A stretch of DNA of 63,716 nucleotides, filler included, from Olpidium bornovanus S191 (Eukaryota; Fungi; Olpidiomycota): the NCBI GenBank assembly GCA_017911155.1. It is 25 parts of 25 records of this genome, joined end to end, with 100 filler letters (N's around TTAATTAATTAA, not from the genome) between each part and the next. Parts side by side here need not be neighbours in the genome. Positions count along the whole stretch, not along the records: positions 57,418 to 59,706 come from JAEFCI010005095.1; positions 59,807 to 61,973 come from JAEFCI010004119.1; positions 62,074 to 63,716 come from JAEFCI010000563.1; 22 more parts are not named here. One strand, 5' to 3'. The stretch's first letter is position 1. Every line of letters starts with the position of its first letter. A program made the translations under genes and the position numbers. Under the pieces are notes generated by a model. It was not told where the DNA came from and searched no databases. It saw only the letters and a list, made by a program, of their open reading frames with translations. Shown here piece by piece: positions 57,775 to 63,716 of this stretch.

Positions 57775-59455
57775 CCCAGGGCGCAAAAAAAAAAAAAAAA
57801 AAAAAAAAAGAAAAATCAAACAAAAAGAAAAAACACACCTTCCCCGCGGCCGATCGGCGACTCCGCCTCGTCCTCCAGCACCGCGTGGAGCAGGACTTCC
57901 AGGGCGTGATCGAAATACGGCAGGTGTTGAAAGCAGCGGGCGAATTCGACGGCTTCCGCTTCCAGCCTGCGGTTGTTAAGTGTATTTTATGGTTTTTTTT
58001 TCATCGTCGTCTTTTCCCGGGAAATTTGAAACGACGAAGGCTTCCCTGCCGGAGATCCGGAAACGCGGGCGTACCCTTCGGACAGCAAATGTCGGAGGAT
58101 GTGCTGGAGGAACAAATTGCTCTATCGGGAAGGGTGGGGGGGGGAGGGGGGAAAAGAGGGGAACGGGAACGGGAGGTGAGAAGGCGGGGCAAGCGAACAC
58201 CAACGGAGCAAAAACGCGCTTCACCTTGGGAACGACCTTGAACGAAGCCACGTCTGGTGAGGAACGAAAGGACAAGCCATGTCCGATCGTTGCGAGAGTA
58301 CCCTTGTCCAAGAGGACGCCTTTGCAGCATCAAAAACGAACGAAACAAAACAAAAATTTAGATTCGGGCGGTGAATCGAGCGGTATCGCGAACCGTACCA
58401 TTCCCCCCGGCCCGTGGTGGGGTGTCCCTTTATTGTGACGCCGTCCCGGCGGAACCTTACTTAAAGGATGACAGTCCGAAGGGAAAAAAATCGCCCTGTG
58501 CGGGGCGTCCGCGAGCCCCGTCCGCCAAGGCCTTTCCGCGCCGCGGCGGTCGTCGTCCAGGCCGAGGTTCGCCCACACCTTGACGCCGCCCCGCGTGCAG
58601 GCCCAGACGGAGTTCCGCATGTTGCCCAGCGGCGCGCCCGGGGTCCAGAAGAACTCGACGCTATCCGACAGCGGGAAAACGTCGTACCGGGAGCCGGCGC
58701 GGCCGGCCGTTTTCTGGAACGGAAAGGGGGGGGGGGGCAATAAATTTAAAATTCAGCCTCGGGCCAACAAAAAAAAAAAACGCTTTTTCCGTTGGGGGCG
58801 ACGGGGGGCCCGTGAGGCTTGCGCACCCCGCTTCCGCGTACTTCAAACGGGTTCAGCATGAACAAGCTGCCGGACGCGAGAACCAGCCGGGGCGACCTTT
58901 CCAGTGCCCGGGCCGACCGCGACGCGCCTGGGACAAAAACCGCGTCGCATGATTTGGATTAAAAAAAAAAAAGAAAAAAAAAAAGTCGAATCGTTCGTTT
59001 GCTTTGGCGAGGGGGAGAGAAGGGGGGGGGAGGGGAATTCGAGGATCACGGGGAGAACCAGACGCGGCCTTACCCTTGGGGTTTACGATGAACCACGAGA
59101 TCGCGCGGACGGCGCGCGGACACCGTACGACGCCGGCGAGGGAATCCCGTCGCATCACGTTCAGGCTGATGCGGTTCTGGTCTGCTTGGAGGGAAAAAAA
59201 AAAAGGGGGGGGGGGGGGGGGGGGGGGGGGCCGGTGAGAACCGGTCGTCAAGCAATCTTCCCGACCCGATATTCAGGACGCCGGGTCGGGAGACGCACCC
59301 TGGACCTCCACGACGTAGTGGCACAGCACGTTGTCGTCGGTGTAGACGAGCAGCGACGTCCCGGTCATGGACATGCACGCGACGGGCGCGGAGAGCTGCT
59401 CCGAGCACAACATCTGGCTGTTGTCCAGGTTGCGCTCGCGCGGATAAAAGCGGAT
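57418..59455 (-). CDS. RIC1: RIC1 (RAB6/Ypt6 GEF subunit), internal fragment
   Basis: IRFYPRERNLD...SLLVYTDDNVLCHY, PRAVRAISW, SDSVEFFW...NSVWAC...VKVW, HLPYFDHALEVLLHAVLEDE, and FLRSFPSFLDVIVQCARKSEMSVWDHLFGIVGCPKDLFE. Confidence 0.9.
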
Positions 59456-59561
59456 CTTTGAACCACCCCCACCCCCCCCCAACAAAAGAAAAGGCGTCCG
59501 GACGGAACGAGTTGACGGGGCGGGCCGGTCGAATTTCGGTTATCGTTTTGCGCGGCGGGGG

Positions 59562-59597
<36 letters not shown>

Positions 59598-60111
59598 AAT
59601 TTGGGGGGGCCCCTCCCCCCCACCTTTCTTCCCCAGCCCCAACACGGGGTTGACTAAAAAGAGAGAGAGACAGCCGAAAGAAGGGAAAGAAAAAAAAATC
59701 AAAATCNNNNNNNNNNNNNNNNNNNNNNNNNNNNNNNNNNNNNNNNNNNNTTAATTAATTAANNNNNNNNNNNNNNNNNNNNNNNNNNNNNNNNNNNNNN
59801 NNNNNNACGCGAGATTTAGGGGCACGACGCGTTTCGGGACCGGCCTGTTTTGAGGAAAAAATTTAAGTGCGGCTTACGAGGTTTGCAAATTTGATGCGGA
59901 GGAGGAGGGAAGGCAATGTGTGCATGCGAATCGTCGTGGGAAGTTTTACGAGAATGCAAAAATGAATGTGTGTAAGGGGGTGATAGGAGATGGGGGATGA
60001 AAGGAGGAAAAAATAATCATTATGGGCGCAAACAAGAGAAGGAGCAAGCGGAGCGCACATTTTTTTTTGTGAACGGGAGCAACCCCCTCCACCTCTTCCC
60101 CCTGTTCCTCT

Positions 60112-61875
60112 TCACAGTTCTATGACTTTGATCGCCGGTTTCCGTATGTGTCTCATCGACGACCCGGGTTCCGTGGGCTTGAACGGCGCGTGGGCGCCGT
60201 ACGGTTTCGGTATCGGCAGGTCCGTCCCTGACGTGTCCGGAAGGTAGGCGTTCGGCCGAGGTTCCGCTGTCGTCGTGTACTGCCGCTGGCTCTCAAGCGC
60301 GCTGCTCGTGAGGGTTTCGGTGGGGAGAAGGAATGCCCACGCGTTTTCGTGAAGAAAAAAAAAACATCCGGGTGGCCGGGAGGAAGGGGGAAGAGGAGAG
60401 GGGGTGGTGGGGGGGGGGGCGGGGCGGGGAAATGGGGCGTGGGTGGGAAGGGGGAGAAACGGCAACAACCGAGAAAAAAAAAACGCGGGTTCAGTAATAA
60501 ATTCTTGCGAAATCCTCGGAGTCGAGAAACGATTTCTAAAAAAGGAAATTCAGGCTCCGACACCCCGCGGCCACCCGTGAAATCTGTCCACCCTCCCCAT
60601 CCCCCCCAAACGGTTGCAACGTACGCCACCGCCGCCTTCTCCGCGTCGGCGATCCTTCTGGCTCTCACGCGCTCCGCCCGAAGGAACTCGCGCTCGGTGT
60701 CATCGGTTGGCGGCTCCCCCCTCGCCGCTCGGGCGAGCGCTTCCTTCAGCGCCGCCTCCTTGTCCGTCCGCTCCTGTTCCAGGGACATCGCCATCGCTTG
60801 GTGCATGGACAGCTCGGATACCCGTGCCATCATGTTCCGCGTGACGTGTTTTATTCGGTTGCTAAGATCGTTGAGCTTGGTCCGAAAAGAAAGGGAAGAA
60901 AAAAGAAATTAGTTCGATACGCTCAAACTGCCGGTCAGTAAACTGTTCCGCCATCATCCAAAGCTTCGGCCTTCGACGAAAGCCGGGAGCAATCACAAAA
61001 AGGGCAGAATCGCGTGTAAATTTCGGCCTTTCCCCCCCCCTTTCCCCCCACACAAACCTTCGCGCTTAACTGTGCACTCTCTTGCCGGTTGCTCAACGTC
61101 TGCTTTTTCAACCGGTTTGTCAAAGTGCTGACTTCCTCGAGGATGAGGTCCTTTTCTAACAGCCGTTCCTCTTTCTCTGCTAATCTCTCCTCTAAGTGCT
61201 TGAGCTTCTCTGTCAGCTCTTTCTGTGATGGATCCGTGCCGGGGAGATTTTTCAAGCGAGACGGATCGTTTGGAGATTCTGCGGGGGAATAAAATGGAAA
61301 ATCATTTGATGTGCAGGAACTTAGAAAGATGCGTGCGCCGTGCTCGAATCAAGGATTTGTCCCTCCGGCCGCCAAAGAAAAAAAAACCCTCTACAAACCT
61401 ATTTCCCTGCTCAATTGAATGACCTTCTCCGCGGTTTCGTCGTACTCCTTCTGCAGCGCCTCCACCTCCTTGTCGTACTCCGCCACGACCGGTCGCAGCT
61501 TCTTCTGCAGCTCGATGACGCGGTCGTATTCCTGGACGGTCAGGCGGAGTTTGCGTATCTCCTCCTCGCGGTCGGCCAGCTCGGCCTCGCCGCGCTTGAG
61601 CACCATCTCCTGCACGTTGAGCTTCTCGTACAGGATGCACAGCTCGTCGTTGCGGTCCAGGAGGTGGGTGCCCGTCTGGTTTCGGTCGCGGACGGCGGCC
61701 TCGTAGTGCCGCTTCATCGCCACCATGTCCTGCTCCGCCGCGTTTATCGCCGTGTTCAGGCTCTCGATCCGCGACAGATGCTGGTCGATCTGCTCCCGCT
61801 TCTCGCGGTACTGCAACAGCAGCTTGTTGGCCTCGTTGCGGGCGTTGTCCCGCATGGCGTAAGCCGCCAGGTTCT
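60112..61875 (-). CDS. CCDC146: Axonemal coiled-coil protein CCDC146 (MBO2-like), 3' part
   Basis: [61 protein letters not shown], and the C-terminus [12 protein letters not shown]...[28 protein letters not shown]...IEL*. Confidence 0.92.
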
Positions 61876-62073
61876 CTTGCTTTTTTTTCTGCGAGCGGTT
61901 GACCGGGGAAAAGGGGAAAAATTGGTTGGTTGGTTGGTGGGAAAAGGGGTCAAATAAAATGAATGGGAGTTCCNNNNNNNNNNNNNNNNNNNNNNNNNNN
62001 NNNNNNNNNNNNNNNNNTTAATTAATTAANNNNNNNNNNNNNNNNNNNNNNNNNNNNNNNNNNNNNNNNNNNN

Positions 62074-63086
62074 CATGATGATCACGACGGGAATGTCTTC
62101 GGAGAGCGAATTGTGCCGAAGGAAGATCTTTCCTTTTTTGACTCCCACGTACGTTTTTGATTTGCGCTCCAAAGTTGAACTCGTGACGCTGGCCACTACC
62201 TCGTCCTTCCTGTCGGAATCGACGATGATCCTGTTCTTGGACAGCTGCTCTTGAACAAGAATCACCTTTTCTGAACCTTTTACCACGAAGTACCCGCCTG
62301 CCGAACAACGACCGAGAAGATCAGAACGCAGCATCAAACGGAGGAAAAAATCAAAGGAAAACGAAGAGGACAACAGGCAAGCGGCAGCACAAATTCACGC
62401 GAAACGAGCGAGAAAAAAAAAGTGTTGAGAGAGAGAGAATGAAAAAGAAAAGTTACGGCGGCGCGAACACGAAGGCGACAAGCCTTACCGGGATCGAGCG
62501 GACACTCGTCCATCGCCGCCAGCTGCTCCTCGGTCTTGTTGTACAAGACGCAATTCGCGCTCCGCAGCATGAGCGGGATGCGGCCGATGCAGACGTTACG
62601 ACGGCGGACGATCTGCCTGGCGCGGATGTACTCGACGCCGACGTAAATCGGCGCGGCGTATGTTAAGTCCCTGAGGCGGCACTCCTGGGGGGTATAAGAC
62701 CGGTTCGCGGCGTCAGCGTCGGTGCGTTCGGGGGGCCCCACGTGGACGTCGAAGTAGCGCAGCCAGAAGAACGGGTCGACGTCCGAGGTGATGATCTGGT
62801 TGGCCTTAACGATGTTGCGCAGGTCGTGGTGGATCAGGTAGTTGAACGAGTCGAGGTGCTGCTTGACGAGGCCCTTGACCTTGAGGAAGGCAGGCAGGAG
62901 CTTCCATTTGTCCTGCACGGTGTTGACGGGGTCGCCAAGCCGCTTGCCGTTGAACTTGGACGGGTCCGACGCGGTGTCGAGGAAGCGTTTGAAGTCGGCC
63001 TCCGCGTCGGGATCCGGCTTCACCCCGACCGCCGACTTGCACTTCGTGGCAACGCCGGACGACGCGCGCTTTTGCTGGGCGCTCAT
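62074..63086 (-). CDS. RET1: RNA polymerase III second-largest subunit (RPC2/RET1/POLR3B), 5' part
   Basis: [50 protein letters not shown]...ECPLDPG|[23 protein letters not shown], with an intron at about 62487-62300. Confidence 0.96.
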
Positions 63087-63385
63087 GGCCCGCTCGCAGG
63101 GCAGGGTTCCTTTTCGGGATTCCAGCGCAGTCTGAGCTGCAGGTGCGGGTAAGTCGTCAAGCTAGGAGGAGTGTGAGGTTGTGGGGGGTGGGTGGGGACC
63201 ACACGGGCGTTGGCGCCTGCCTCCACTGCGTGCGCTTCGCGAGCGGAGGGGATCCACGCAGGGAACTTCCCCCGGGGGAACCTTTGCGGCCGTCTATTCC
63301 GTTTCCTCGGCGAGCGCGCCCTGGCAGTCCCGTTTAGAGGGGAGCGGGTTTCCGGACGACGCGCGCCTTTTGCCGGGCACTCTCT

Positions 63386-63440
<55 letters not shown>

Positions 63441-63643
63441 TCTCGCGCAACCGGAACGGAGAGAGGGACAGAGGGAGGGAGTGAAAGGAAGGGAAGGGAA
63501 GCGAAGGGAACGGGGGAGGGAAAACGGAGCGGGTGGTGTTTTTGCGGCGGGCGCGTGTGCGGTCTGCGTGCGTTTTCCGAAAGGTCAAAAAAAGAAAGAG
63601 AAAAAAAAAAAAAAAAATAAATTCGGAGCGCATAAACGCTCTT

Positions 63644-63698
<55 letters not shown>

Positions 63699-63716
63699 CA
63701 CCCCCCCAAAAAAAAA

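Noticed and set aside
1-63716. tRNA, rRNA or snRNA genes
   Set aside because: I found no cloverleaf, rRNA or U1/U2/U5/U6 signature by eye. The only tRNA-related sequences are the PBS motifs. tRNAscan-SE and Infernal would be needed to exclude them formally.

Overview
This is not one locus. It is 25 short eukaryotic contigs (about 1.1-5.4 kb each) joined by 24 identical artificial 100-bp spacers (44 N + TTAATTAATTAA + 44 N), so adjacency across spacers means nothing biologically. The DNA is GC-rich and intron-rich (GT-AG introns, long A/T and G/C homopolymers) and encodes fungal-type proteins plus the cilium-associated genes CCDC146 and a Tubby-domain protein. That points to a zoosporic fungus (inference; Olpidium-like is a guess). 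Recognisable genes, mostly truncated at contig ends: THP3/LENG8, a GT17 glycosyltransferase, TGL4/5 lipase, a CDC48/AFG2-type AAA ATPase, RAD21, GWT1, a BTP histone-fold protein, Tubby, HRP1-like RRM protein, an RGS protein, a Myb-repeat protein, RLI1/ABCE1, SARAF, WDR48, RIC1, CCDC146 and RPC2. There are several decayed and nested LTR retroelements. The most unusual signal is a shared architecture in three independent contigs: an A-rich U5-like end, then GGTTATGAGCCCAA (complementary to the tRNA-iMet anticodon arm, the half-tRNA primer site known from copia/Ty5), then a GGAC(C/T)(T)GAC motif and a C-rich satellite leader. In one contig this leads into a Gag that looks Ty3/Gypsy rather than copia. 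Gene spans are from manual reading of exons and are approximate. No database searches were run.
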